DNA of 64,000 nt from Isurus oxyrinchus (lineage: Eukaryota): the NCBI GenBank assembly GCA_026770705.1, contig JANJGN010000026.1, forward strand, positions 38,750,001 through 38,814,000, in the 5' to 3' direction. The first letter of the stretch is position 1; each line of letters starts with the position of its first letter. Below the pieces are notes generated by a model. It did no database searches. It saw nothing but the letters and a program-made list of their open reading frames with translations, and was not told the DNA's origin. A program made the position numbers and the translations under genes. This document shows, one piece after another, positions 23,497-36,746 of the stretch.

Positions 23497-25180
23497 ATAA
23501 AAACAAAAAAACTGCGGATGCTGGAAATCCAAAACAAAAACAGAATTACCTGGAAAAACTCAGCAGGTCTGGCAGCATCGGCGGAGAAGAAAAGAGTTGA
23601 CGTTTCGAGTCCTCATGACCCTTCGACAGAACTTGAGTTCGAGTCCAAGAAAAAGTTGAAATATAAGCTGGTTTAAGGTGTGTGTGTGGTGGGCGGACAG
23701 ATAGAGAGAGAGAGAGAGAGAGAGGTTGGGGGGGGTGGGGTTGGGGGTTGGGGGGTTGGGGGTATGGTTGTATGGACAAACAAGCAGTGATAGAAGCAGA
23801 TCATCAAAAGATGTCAACGACAATGGTACAATAGAACACATAGGTGTTAAAGTTAAAGTTGGTGATATTATCTAAACGAATGTGCTAATTAAGAATGGAT
23901 GGTAGGGCACTCAATGTATAGCTCTAGTGGGGGTGTTTTTTTTATATAATGGAAATAGATGGGAAAAGGAAAATCTTTATAATTTATTGGAAAAAAAGGA
24001 AGGGGGAAACAGAAAGGGGGTGGGGATGGGGGAGGGAGCTCAGGACCTAAAGTTGTTGAATTCAATATTCAGTCCAGAAGGCTGTAAGGTGCCTAGTCGG
24101 AAGATGAGGTGTTGTTCCTCCAGTTTGCGTTGGGCTTCACTGGAACAATGCAGCAAGCCAAGGACAGACATGTGGGCAAGAGAGCAGGGTGGAGTGTTAA
24201 AATGGCAAGCGACAGGGAGGTTTGGGTCATTCTTGCAGGCAGACCGCAGGTGTTCTGCAAAGCGGTCGCCCAGTTTACGTTTGGTTTCTCCAATGTAGAG
24301 GAGACCACATTGGGAGCAACGAATGCAGTAGACTAAGTTGGGGGAAATGCAAGTGAAATGCTGCTTCACTTGAAAGGAGTGTTTGGGCCCTTGGACAGTG
24401 AGGAGAGAGGAAGTGAAGGGGCAGGTTACATCTTTTGCGTGGGCATGGGGTGGTGCCATAGGCGGGGGTTGAGGAGTGGACCAGGGTGTCCCGGAGGGAG
24501 CGATCCCTACGGAATGCCGATAAGGGGGGGTGAAGGGAAGATGTGTTTGGTAGTGGCATCATGCTGGAGTTGGCAGAAATGGCGGAGGATGATCCTTTGA
24601 ATGCGGAGGCTGGTGGGGTGATACGTGAGGACAAGGGGGACCCTATCATGTTTCTGGGAGGGAGGAGAAGGCGTGAGGGCGGATGCACGGGAGATGGGCC
24701 GGACACGGTTGAGGGCCCTGTCAACGACCGTGGGTGGAAAACCTCGGTTAAGGAAGAAGGAGGACATGTCAGAGGAACCGTTTTTGAAGGTAGCATCATC
24801 GGAACAGATGCGACAAAGGTAAAGGAACTGAGAGAATGGGATGGAGTCCTTACAGGAAGCGGGGTGTGAGGAGCTGTAGTCGAGGTAGCTGTGGGAGTCG
24901 GTGGGTTTGTAATGGATATTGGTGGACAGTCTATCACCAGAGATTGAGACAGAGAGGTCAAGGAAGGGAAGGGAAGTGTCAGAGATGGACCACGTGAAAA
25001 TGATGGAGCGGTGGAGATTGGAAGCAAAATTAATAAATTTTTCCAAGTCCCGACGAGAGCATGAAGCGGCACCGAAGTAATCATCGATGTACCGGAGAAA
25101 AAGTTGTGGAAGGGGGCCGGAGTAGGACTGCAACAAGGAATGTTCCACATACCCCATAAAAAGACAGGCATAGCTGGGGG
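23497..25180 (-). mobile_element. Penelope-like retroelement, 5'-truncated (RT C-terminus, GIY-YIG endonuclease, terminal repeat)
   Basis: PSYACLFMGYVE...FLRYIDDYFG...LPFLDL (RT) and FTCISPNLVYCIRCSQCGLLYIGETKRKLGDRFAEH (GIY-YIG). Confidence 0.9.
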
Positions 25181-25710
25181 AGGCGGCCGCGGGCACTGTT
25201 GTCACTCGTAAAATCTAACGACAATGAGCTGAGTTCAAAACTAACACGCTCAACAGAAATTATATAATTCTGCCTGTCTGTAAGGACTGCGTTACGTTCA
25301 TAGTCATTTCGAATCTGGGGAAAACAGTCTGGCGACAAGAATTAGGGAATTGTTGTATTATTCCGTAATTACAGATACCTTCATAGTTGAAATCAATTAA
25401 ATCAAGGGGCTGAATCTGACGTGGGGAGCAGAACAACTGGGCATCTCATCCCAATGTACTGGAGCTGGGCTGTTGATTAACACTGAAATAAAACTTCCCA
25501 ATTATGGGTCTCTAAGGAAACGTCACACTGATGGGCATAAATACGAGATGAAACACCATTTTTCCTCAAGTATTTTTAAGGAAGTTTGTCAGGAGGTGGG
25601 AATCCACGGCTTTATGCGCCACCTGGTGGCCGAACCTAATGAATCTTATTTTCACTGATCTCACAAAACACAGGAACGGTGTGAGTTGCCCCGAGGCCTT
25701 TCTCAATGAG

Positions 25711-26001
25711 GGTCTCAGCACACAGTAATACATGGGGTTGTCAGCGACCTGAAGCACAAACAAGGTGAAAGCAGCTATATTCCTGGCTATTTTTCGAATG
25801 ACTGAAAAGCGACCTTTAATGTTTTTTCCACAAGAATATGCCCGAATTACGAAAGCTGGAGCCGGGTTCTGGTTTTGACGATGAAGCAGCAAAAAATAAT
25901 TTACATCGTAAGTTGAATAGATGCAACTGATGCTCATCGAGATGCCTCCAGTTATTGGGCTTCTGTTGACAACTGTCCGACTGAACATCCAGAACTGACT
26001 C
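25711..26001 (-). pseudogene. TCR alpha/delta-type V pseudogene
   Basis: Acceptor ttctgcag|GA. The phase-1 frame GVSSGCSVGQLSTEAQ hits a stop; the shifted frame gives SISCIYSTYDVNYFLLLHRQ...RFSV...LQVADNPMYYCVLR. Conserved Trp lost, heptamer degraded to CTCATTG (25710-25704), no good nonamer. Confidence 0.8.
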
Positions 26002-26069
26002 CTGCAGAAATTATTACATGGTTAACCATGGAAACATAATGAACAACAGATAACGAATAGATGAATTAA

Positions 26070-26218
26070 NNNNNNNNNNNNNNNNNNNNNNNNNNNNNNN
26101 NNNNNNNNNNNNNNNNNNNNNNNNNNNNNNNNNNNNNNNNNNNNNNNNNNNNNNNNNNNNNNNNNNNNNNNNNNNNNNNNNNNNNNNNNNNNNNNNNNNN
26201 NNNNNNNNNNNNNNNNNN
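26070..26218. other. Assembly gap (N run) next to a GGAT-type microsatellite
   Basis: Run of n. Confidence 0.99.
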
Positions 26219-27673
26219 GGATGGAGTGATGGACAGATGGAGGGCTGGACAGATGGACAGATCGGGGTTGGAGAGATGGATGGATGGGCGGATGTAAAAA
26301 CAGAAAATGCTGGAAAAGCTGAGCAGGTCTGACATCATTTGTGGAGAGAGAACGAGTGTTAACGGTTTAGAGTCCGTATGACTCTTCTTCAGATGGATGA
26401 ATGGATCGGTGGAGTGTGGGTGGATGTGCCTGACATTTTCACCTTTACGATTGACTGCTCCATAACTTACAGCAGGTCCTTTATTCCATTTGCGTCTGTC
26501 TGGTGCTTTCAGTCCTTCACGGATTTCTGAATCATTCCCATTCCTTGGCTGTTGACAGCTGACGAGCTGAACGTCACCAAGTGCAACCTGGAGATATCCC
26601 TGCCTGATCAGTGCCTGATGATCCTTTTCTGGTGATGCTGAATCTTCATCTTAAAGTTAGAAAGCTGTTTCATGACTCTGATAAGAAACGGGGATTATAA
26701 CATGTGCAACATGTGGCCTTTTCACGTATAACAAAGCACTCAGCATAACCTCAACCAAATTACTTCAATCGCAGCAGAAACAAACCAGATGGTTGAATAC
26801 ATACATTCTTGCTGCTCTCTGATTCTGGTGCAGTCACACTATTCTGAACACCACGGGTAAAACGTGCATGAACTGTGACTTTCTTTACGGCAAAATATTG
26901 ATTGTAAACCGATTGTCACAATGAAATATATCCGATGGGTATTACAGATTGTTGTCGCAAATTCAAAAGCCCTTAACCCCTTTAACCACACTCCCGAGAT
27001 GCTTCCCATTCAGTACATTCGTGCAGAGAATCAATTCTTCATGAGTTGGATGGGTGAGGTCAGTACTCCAATGAGATGTGCTCAGGATCGCCGCGATGGA
27101 GATTCTGGTTAGATCTGACATGGTGCATGAACTGGACAGAACTGAGTCGGTGAATTGGCTGAAGTGATTTGAATCACAGTTTTGAACATGAATACAGAGT
27201 CAGTGCTCTATGGGACGATATGAATCCAATCTCATGTTTATCATATTGTTGCAGTTGCATTGTGAGACGTTTTAGGATCGGAGAGAAACGGCGTTGTGAT
27301 ATGAAGCTTCCAACGAGGAATCAATGTGGGAATATTCAGTAATTACCTTTCCACACAAATTTCTGCTCTGAATTTATACCTTGAAACCCGTTGCAAATGT
27401 TCGAAACTACGGCAAAATTAAGTATTAATATTGTTATTAATATGGTCATTAATATCATATTGGGGAAATCTTTTTAGGTAAACAGCACAGAGTTCCTTAA
27501 TACACATTGATCCTCCCTAATTGCAGAAGAGGATCTCTACCTTTAACGTGGATAACTACCTGCTCTGTACACATTGTCATTCATGTTCAATGTCCCACTA
27601 TCAGGAGTAACTGTCGCTGTGCCAACTAACAGAAACAGTGACAGACAAATGGAGAGATAGTTCCAGATCCATG

Positions 27674-28789
27674 TGTTATGGCGTAGGAGATGATATGTGG
27701 CCTGGCGGACCAAATCTACAGGGAAACATGGTCACACCATCACAAATGTTCTCAATTTGTAATTATTATGGGAGGATGAGTGAACTGCCTTCAGAAGTAA
27801 CGAGTCCACTAAGACTTTTGGAGATTTTCAAAATTAAATTAAAATATACATTGACAAAATAAAAGATTTCAAAAACATACATAATTCTGTAGCAAATCCT
27901 AAAATTCTCAATTAACCTGACTCTCAGTCACACACCTCTTGAAGGCAGCAGCCCAAAATCATAGAATCACAGAATCTCAGAATCATACAGTGCAGAAGAG
28001 GGCCTTCAGCTCATCGAGTCTGCACCAACACATGAGAAACACCTGAGCTACCTACCTAATCCCATTTACCAGCACTTGGCCCATAGCCTTTAATGTTATG
28101 ACGTGCCAAGTACTCATTCAGGTACTTTTTAAAGGATGTGAGGCAACCCGCCTCCACCACCCTCCCAGGTACTGTGACTGTAGATTTCAAAGAAAATCAG
28201 CAAGTTAACCCAGTAATCACTTGGCAGTGGAATTGTAAATGGTTTGCTCCAACTTCAGTTACTGGACAGAGCCGGCTTATGCACAAAAGGCTGGAGGCTT
28301 CTTGAAGGCTGTTTCACACACTCCATCTTACATGGCCCTTGCCTCACATAGCCTTTCATTCTCCTTTATGTATTTTTATCTCTCTTTAATATGTAAATTC
28401 TACTGTTCCATATGACTTTGGAGCGGTACCTTTCTCATAATAAAGAAAAATTCATGTTCCAATATTATCAGTAACCTTTGGGAAAAATAAACACACTCCT
28501 TAGCCTTGCTTAGCTGGCTACTTGTGAACTTAAAATCCATACAATCCTTTCATTTATGTAAAAAGGCAAACTCCCTTCCTTCCTTGCATGCTAAGCCAGC
28601 ACTCATGTTTATTCGTTAGCATTTCAAACACATTTCTACACCTAGCTTCTTTTGATAATTCCAAGCTTGCAGTCTAACTGACTCCAAATGTATTTAAATC
28701 ACATAAACAGAACCAAGTTTACTCACTCCCATAAACCTACTTTCCCATAATCCAGAAAAATATTATGAAATTATTATACTTTCGTCATA
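27674..28789 (-). mobile_element. LTR-like element (same family as 2344-3254) with a nested CR1 3' fragment (~27958-28170)
   Basis: Reverse complement matches both ends of 2344-3254. The nested fragment carries an (agaatcac)n tail. Confidence 0.5.
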
Positions 28790-30944
28790 ATAGGGGTTCC
28801 CAGGCTGTCATATTGCAAAACAATTTATATTTCTTGGTATTTTTGCCATTGATTATGTTTAATAAACATCAGCTGTGCCTCAATCCATTAATGGTTTAAT
28901 CTATTGATAGTTCCAAACCTTCAACTTCCCCATACAATCGATGGCTTGCAACTGAATGATGTTTCTCACTGTATCAAGAATCCTCCACACTTTCACCACT
29001 CCTAATCGATTGATGAAATATATTAATGATCTCCAATTCTGTAACGATTCAAGGCTCAATGAATATTCTTTTGTTTAAGGAAATGAGCTAGTTGGTCCAC
29101 AAATCATTTGAATTACTGTGAAGTTCTGGTTAACCTACAAACTGGTTGGATCTTACAGTACAACTCACACAGTGAAGTAGCTGTACTGTTGTCAGATTCA
29201 AGATCACACCCACAGTCAGTGCCTGTCCTACCAGCGGAACTCTACGATAGGGTTTTTGGTACCGCTGCGGCCAGGTTCAGTCTGATTTAACTATGTACCC
29301 ATGTATAAAGTTGAGCCATTGGATGCCTGGATTTCTATTTATTTATGTCATATTCATTCACAAGGGACTTTGGTTGTCAGCTGTGTCTCAGTTGGCAGCA
29401 CTTTCCCCTCTGACATTAAACTGGGGGCCGTCTGCCCTCTCAGGTCGATGTGAAAGATTCCATGGTACTATTCCATCTGGAAGTGCAGGAGAGTTATCCC
29501 CGGTGCCTTCGCATTTATCAGTTAATAAACATTTTAAAATACGCAGAGGCGCAGATTACCTGGTCATTATCATATTGCGGTTTGTGGGAACTTGCTGTGC
29601 TCAAACAGGCTGCGGTGTTTCCTACATTACAACTGTGAACATACATCGTAAGTGCATTTTTGGTTGTAAAACACTCGGAGACTTCCGGTGATCGTGAAAA
29701 GTGCTGTAATATATATATTCTTTTCTTTTTTTCCTTTTCCTTTTTATGAAGTATAAGTGCAAAATGAAAAGTGTTGCATTAAGCCAATTATTCATAGACT
29801 TCTAGAATGAACCCGTGCTCCCGGCTGGGATGGAGGTCATTCAGCTCCTCAGGATTGTACCAGCAAATAAAAAAAAACTATCGAATTTGCCTCATACACT
29901 CTCACCACACCCACTATCCATCCCGCAGTCGCCTCCCCGCCCCCACCAACACCCACCCCCCCACCCCACCCCCCACCTACACCCATGCTGTTTCCCCATA
30001 GCCCAGCAATTTATGCCCATTGGAGATCATGTCTTCGTTGATAATGGATCAGATTCTGTCCAGTTGTCCCACTTATATTGCTCTGGACCATGGGGCCTTT
30101 TATATTATGTAAATCTGTTTTTTAACTATTATTTCACTACATCATACCCGAGGGTTTGGAAGACATTGGAGCAGAAATGATGAATGTAATGGGGTAAGAA
30201 GGAATAACGTGACAACAGAAATAGTGTGAAACTTGCTGGGGAGCAGCAAGTGTTTCATTCCTTTCCAAGCAAGGGAAATAATAAATCGGGGTTTTAAAAC
30301 TGAGTAAATTTATGTCAGATATGGGTATTATCATTTGCGCAACGTATCACACTCTCAACCTTTATGTCAGGAGTTTCTATTTAATGCTGAGCGAAGCACT
30401 TAACACAAATGCAAAGACTAGTGGGTATATGCTCACCATCCTTGGAATAATTTAGTCCATTTTCCAACAGAATTACAGAACAGAGGTATTCGTTGTTAAG
30501 GGAATGCGCAATGTCTTCTCAATCAATGCTAACGACGTTAAACGAACAGCAAATACATTTTCAATAAAATAAAATCTGGAACATAATAGGTAATAATGGT
30601 TATTTATCGTTGTGGACTTCACTTGTCAGTAAAGCTGAAGCATGCAATCACACACACACATTTCAGTTTAAGATCCCATCTTTCCTACTTTGGAGGCTCT
30701 GTCGCACCTGCAGAATCGGAGAAAATCACGACCACCACATTTCAGGTGGTTCCATGAAGAAAAAAATCTCTCCCCACTTCACACCGGTTGAGTTGGTCAT
30801 TAAAGCTCCCATCATTCCCACAATGTGCGCCTTAGTCCACATTCTTCGGTTAATCTGCCACAGTTGCACCATAAGTATTAGGAGTTCGCTCAGGAGGTAA
30901 TGAGCCGATACTTCAGTAGAAGTGGTTTCTTGATACGTTAAGCC

Positions 30945-32660
30945 AGCATGGATCTGTTAAGGGAAAATCACGTTTAACTAACTTGCTTGAGTTTTGTGAT
31001 GATATAGCAGCGATGGTTGATGAGGGTAATGCTTTTGAGGTGGTTTACATGGTTTCCAAAAGACATTTGATAAAATGCCGCACAACAGACTTGTGAGCAA
31101 AGTTGGAGCTCACTGGAATAAAATGGATGGTAACATCATGGATTGGGAACTGGCTGAGTGCCAGGAAACAAAGAGTAGTTTTGAACATTTGTTTTTCGGA
31201 CTGGGGGAAGGGTTTTAATGAAGTTCCCCAAGGGTCACTGATACAACGCCTACTTTTCATAATATTTATTCATAAACTGGGCCTTGGTGTACAGGGCACA
31301 ATGTCAAAATATGCGGACGATGCGAAATGTGGAAGCATTGCGGGCCATGAGGAGGATAGTGTAGAACTTCAAAAAGACATCGAGAGGTTGGTGGAAAGGG
31401 CGGACAAGTGACAGATGAAATTTTGGTGTGAAGAACGCAGATAGACAGTATAAAGGAAAGGGTGTGATTCCAAAGGGGCTGCAGGAGCCGAGTGACCTTT
31501 CAGAGACCATGGAAACCATGTCAAAAGCATTACCCTCATATCATCGCTGCTATGTCAACAAAAAACTCAAGCAAGTTAGTTAAACATGATTTTCCCTTAA
31601 CAGATCCATGCTGGCTTAACGTATCAAGAAACCACTTCTACTGAAGTATCGGCTCATTACCTCCTGAGTGAACTCCTAATACTTATGGTGCAACTGTGGC
31701 AGATTAACCGAAGAATGTGGACTAAGGCGCACATTGTGGGAATGATGGGAGCTTTAATGACCAATTCAACTGGTGTGAAGTGGGGAGAGATTTTTTCTTC
31801 ATGGAACCACCTGAAATGTGGTGGTGGTGATTTTCTCCGATTCTGCAGGTGTGACAGAGCCTCCGAAGTAGGAAAGATGGGATCTTAAGATGAAATGTGT
31901 GTGTGAGTGCACGCATCAGCTTTACTGACAAATGAAGTCCACAACGATAAATAACCATTGCTACCTATGTGTATAAATTATTGAAGGTGGCAGGACAAGT
32001 TGAAAGAGCGCGATTAATAAAGTATGCAACATCCTGCGCTTTATTAATAGAGGAAAAGCGTTTAAAAGCAAACTAGTTATGTTAAACTGGTGTGGCACAC
32101 TGGTTAGGCCTCAACTGGAGAATTGCATCCAATTGCAGGCACTGCACTTTTGGAAGAATTTGAAGGCATGAGAGAGGGCACAGGAAAGGTTCATGGAAAT
32201 TATTTCAGGGATGAAGAACTCCAGTTATGTATAAAGAGTGGAACAGTTGGCTTTAATCTCGTTTGAGGAGAGTAAGTTCAGAGGAGATTTGATACAGGTA
32301 TTAAATATCATGAAGGGCCTGCGCAGAATAGATAGTGTGAAATTGTTTCCATTGGTGGAAGGATTGAGAACCAGATGGCTCAGATTTAAAGTAATCTGGA
32401 GAAGAAGCAATAGAGATAAGAGGAAAAACATTTCTCGCAGTGAGTGGTTAGGATCTGGAATGCACTGCCTGACAGTGTGGTGGATTGAGGGACAATTGAT
32501 GATTTCAAAACGAAACTGGATCCTTATCTGAAAAGAAAAAAAGATGCTGGACTACAGGGAAAGCTGTGGCCCAAGGTCAATTACTCCTTCAGAGGGTTAC
32601 TACGGACAGGAGTAGCCGAATGGCATCCCCCTGCGCTGTAAGAATTCTATGATTCTATCA
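30945..32660 (+). mobile_element. Degenerate CR1-like LINE interrupted by an inverted local duplication
   Basis: WIGNWLSARKQRVV, VPQGS and SKYADD motifs; 3' tail attctatgattctat. Confidence 0.85.
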
Positions 32661-32779
32661 TTAATGTCGGAAGCAGCAACTAAAATCGACATTTTCACAA
32701 CATCTGCAATAGAAGTATCCGTCCAGTAGATGGCAGTGAAACAGTGAATACTGACATTATATGAATCGAGCACTGTCTC

Positions 32780-34860
32780 AATCATTTCTGCACCAAACCC
32801 TGTCCCTGTTCATATTAAACTTGACCTTTGACTGTATGTATTACACTCAGTGATGTCTCTGATCATATTATAACAGGCTGTGTCACAGTTGTTTCTATAA
32901 TAGCTCAATCTCAGTCAATATACAGGGCAAAAACCATATTACACTATACATTCTCTCAGTTATCACATCACTAAACCATGTCTTGGCTAATATGACAATA
33001 GTCCATGTCTCAGTTGTTACTGCACTGGTACTTGTCTCTACTTATACGAAACCAGATCATGTTCCTGTTTACATGTCACGAGGCTCTGTCTCAGTTATTG
33101 CACTACTAGACTCTGCCACGTTAATACTAAACTAGGGGATGCCTTGGCAAACGCTGCACCAATCTATGTCTTTGTTTATATCACACGATGCCCTGTCACT
33201 GTTATTATTGTATAATACCATGCGTCTCTCTTATTGCTGCACTTTCCCACATCTCTGTTTATATTAATCTAGGCCCTGTGTTGGTAGTTATTGCACGAAG
33301 TTCTGTCTCATTTTATATTAGACAACGTCCTGTATCAGATGAAACTGCAGTAGACCCAGTGTCAGTTTCCTTTCACTAGATCCTGCCTCAGTCATTACTG
33401 AACTAGACCATGTCGGTGTTCATATTACACAAGACACTGTCTCAATTATTATTGCACTCAGCACTGCCTCGCTTTTTACTCCACTATATCATGCCTCTGT
33501 TTATATTACACTAGATCACTTTTTTGCTTATATTCTGTTAGACCCTATCTCAGTTTATATAACACTTGACCCTGTCTCAGTTTATATTACCGTCTCAGAT
33601 AATGTTACACTGGAGCCCGTCTCGGTTTATATTATACTAGAGCATGTCTTTGTTTACATTACAATAGACCCTGTCTCAGTTTATATTACACTAGACCCTG
33701 TCTCAGTTTATATTACACTAGACCCTGTCTCAGTTTATATTACATTAGATCCCGCCCCAGTCTATATCACACTAGGATAAAAACAAAGAAAACTGCGGAT
33801 GCTGGAAATCCAAAACAAAAACAGAATTACCTGGAAAAACTCAGCAGGTTTGGCAGCATCGGCGGAGAAGAAAAGAGTTGACGTTTCGAGTCCTCATGAC
33901 CCTTCGACAGAACTTGATACCATCGAAGGGTCATGAGGACTCGAAACGTCAACTCTTTTCTTCTCCGCCGATGCTGCCAGACCTGCTGAGTTTTTCCAGG
34001 TAATTCTGTTTTTGTTTTATATCACACTAGACCCTGTTTCAGTTTATATTACACTAGACCCTATCTCAGTTTATATTACACTAGACCCTGTCTCAGGTTA
34101 CATTACACTAGACCCTGTCTCAGTTTATATTACACGAGGCCCTGGCTCCGTTTATATGACACTAGGCATTGCTTCTGTTTATATTATAATAGGCTCTGTC
34201 AATGTTATTCCTGTGTAGGACATTTCTCTATTTATACCACACAAGGCCAAGTCTGTTATTACTGCACTAAACCCTGGCTCAATAATTGCTGATACTAGCC
34301 CCAGCCTTCGTTTGTATTACTGTAGATGCTGTGTCAATAATTGGTGCACTCGGGCCTGTCTCAGCATTACTGCACCAGACCCTGACTTTTTCTATATTGA
34401 AATGGATTACGTCTATGGTAATATTACATCAGTTCCTGCCTCGGTTATTTCAGTGCTTGGCCTCGTCTCAGCTGGCCCTGAATTCGGCTGTGGCTCTGTA
34501 TTACGTGTGGAAAACCCTGAGTTATTTCTGCTCTCGGCCCTGTGTCTGTATATACAACGTGAAACCCTGTCTTAGTTTCTGCTGCACTAATCCATACATC
34601 TCCTTTTATTACACTCGCCCTGTCCCTGTTCTTATTCCACTAGATCATGTCTTTGTATGTCTTACACTATAGGCAATCTGAGTTATTAGTGCACCAGACC
34701 CTGTCTAGGGTGTTATTAATCCATGTGTCGGATCAATCATTATTGTTCTAGCCCCGAGACAGGATTAATATCAATTGACCCAGTGCTTAATGCGCTAACC
34801 CTGCCTCAGTTATTTCTACGCTTAGCCATGTCTCTGTGATTATTGCAGTGGTCAATGTCT
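32780..34860 (+). repeat. 27-bp minisatellite (ctagaccctgtctcagtttatattaca)n, degenerate at the edges
   Basis: Near-perfect units at ~33660-33775 and ~34020-34140; gives 9-aa periodic spurious ORFs (DPVSVYITL). Confidence 0.9.
33778..34017. mobile_element. Fold-back insertion of a Penelope terminal-repeat fragment
   Basis: Arms ~33812-33907 and ~33923-34018 are near-perfect reverse complements. Flanked by the direct repeat tatatcacactag. Confidence 0.85.
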
Positions 34861-36746
34861 CCAGCTGTGAGTTGGAGAGATAATATTATACACAAAGATG
34901 TTGAGATGGGAATTGTTCCCTGCCGTTGGCCTAAAACGGGCGGTATTGGATGGCCCGTTCTTTGCAGTACCTGATTGTTATTTTCATTTAGTTTTAGTCA
35001 AAGAAATTATAGATCAGATACGGTCAGTTATGTGTGCCGTATAGAAAAAAAATCACGCCTCTTGCTTATACCGCCGTTTCTCAAAGATAAATGATGACCT
35101 TTACCCGAGTGTTTCAGTATTTAATTTTCTTTTACACAAACTGTCACTGCGGATTATTTAGTGCTGTAAACATTTACTAATAGTATGTTTCGTTGTGTAC
35201 TTTTGCTTAGAAAGTGATGTCATACTGACACTTTCGTCACTAAGACGAGCATGTTTATCGCCAAACTCATTTGATGTCTCCTCTCTCCGTCTGAGGCAGC
35301 GTCTAACTCATCGAACCTCTTCTCTCTCTCTCTCTCTCAACCTTTCTTTCTCTCTCTCTCTCTCTCGCTGTCTCTTCACCCACCATCAAACTCCCGCCTT
35401 CCCCCCCCCCCACCCCCCAACCCCCAGCCCCCTTCTCCCCCGCACTCTCTCTCTCTCTCTCTCTCTGAGACAGTCCCTTATTCATTTTGAATCCCCTGTT
35501 ATCTAATAACACTCATTGGAGATTTCTTTTCGCAATTTCTCTTCATTTCTCGCAGTGACAACTTTCAGTCCACTCCTGCCTTCAGTGATGGTGCTCAAAT
35601 CCAAAACTATGCATTTATTTAAATTGTAGATAGTTTAATACTGTAAGTATTGATAACCAGTCTGTTGTGTGCATTTGTTTATAAAGTGATGTGAGACTGA
35701 CGATTTCGTTTCTAAGGTGCTCTATCTGTCTCCGGTGATCAGTTGGAAAGCGGAGCAAATCACATCCAGAAGAACCAGCAGGTTATTAACAAATGATCAC
35801 CTCAATATCTCTCAGAAGCTCCTCAAAATCTCGAATGTGTGATGATTTGTGCAAGTGATGGCAAAAATCAAACTTCACCTACACCTGACATGAGACTAAT
35901 ACACCTGTAATTCTCCGGTTTATTATTCCGGTTGATAGGAAGGATTGAAACTCCTGCTGTTATCCGGAGAATTTCACTATTTCTATGTCCTCTTTTTTTA
36001 ACTGTTATCTTCACAAATCCCACCACAACCACTCGAATCATGTTTGAATAGACTGCAGGTTGTATATTCATTGTAATCTTAACAAAAATAAACCAGGGCC
36101 TAGTCGAGCATAAACAGAGACCGAACTTGATGTAACATAAGCAGAGATATGGGTTACTGCATTGATAACAGAGACAGTATCTGCTTTAATATAAAAGGAG
36201 ATATCGGCTAATGAAGTAATAACAGAGACAAGACCTGCTGTTATATAACCAAGGATTTGGGCCCGTGCAGTAATATCAGAGACAGGACCTGGTGTAATAT
36301 AAACTTAGGTATCGGCTAGTGTAAGTAATAACAGGCACAATACCTGGTATAGTACAGACAGAGGCATGTGCTAGTGCGATGATAACACAAATTGGTCCAA
36401 GGAGTCAGATCAGCAGAGAAATTGGCTAGTTCAGGAATAAGACAGAGGGAGGACTTGGTATAACATTGAATGAACCGATATTTGTGTGAACATTATAACA
36501 AAAACACTTTGTATAAAATACCAACTGAAAGAGGTCATGGTGAAACACTAGCAGAAACAGGGTCAACGTTAACAATATCAGAATCAGGTTACAATTGAAA
36601 ACTGATCGGCACAAGGTTTTCAGAAATAATGAGAGAGGTTTGCATTAGGATTGAATGACATGTAGGCTCTTCGTGCAACAGAGATAGCGTTTTATACAAT
36701 GAGATTGGATATAGGGAACAGATTAAAAACAGTAAAGCTCTGTGTA

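Noticed and set aside
29100-29290. CACAGTG and YC/RYQK-like fragments suggesting a V or D remnant
   Set aside because: No consensus nonamer at 12 or 23 bp and no coherent Ig frame.
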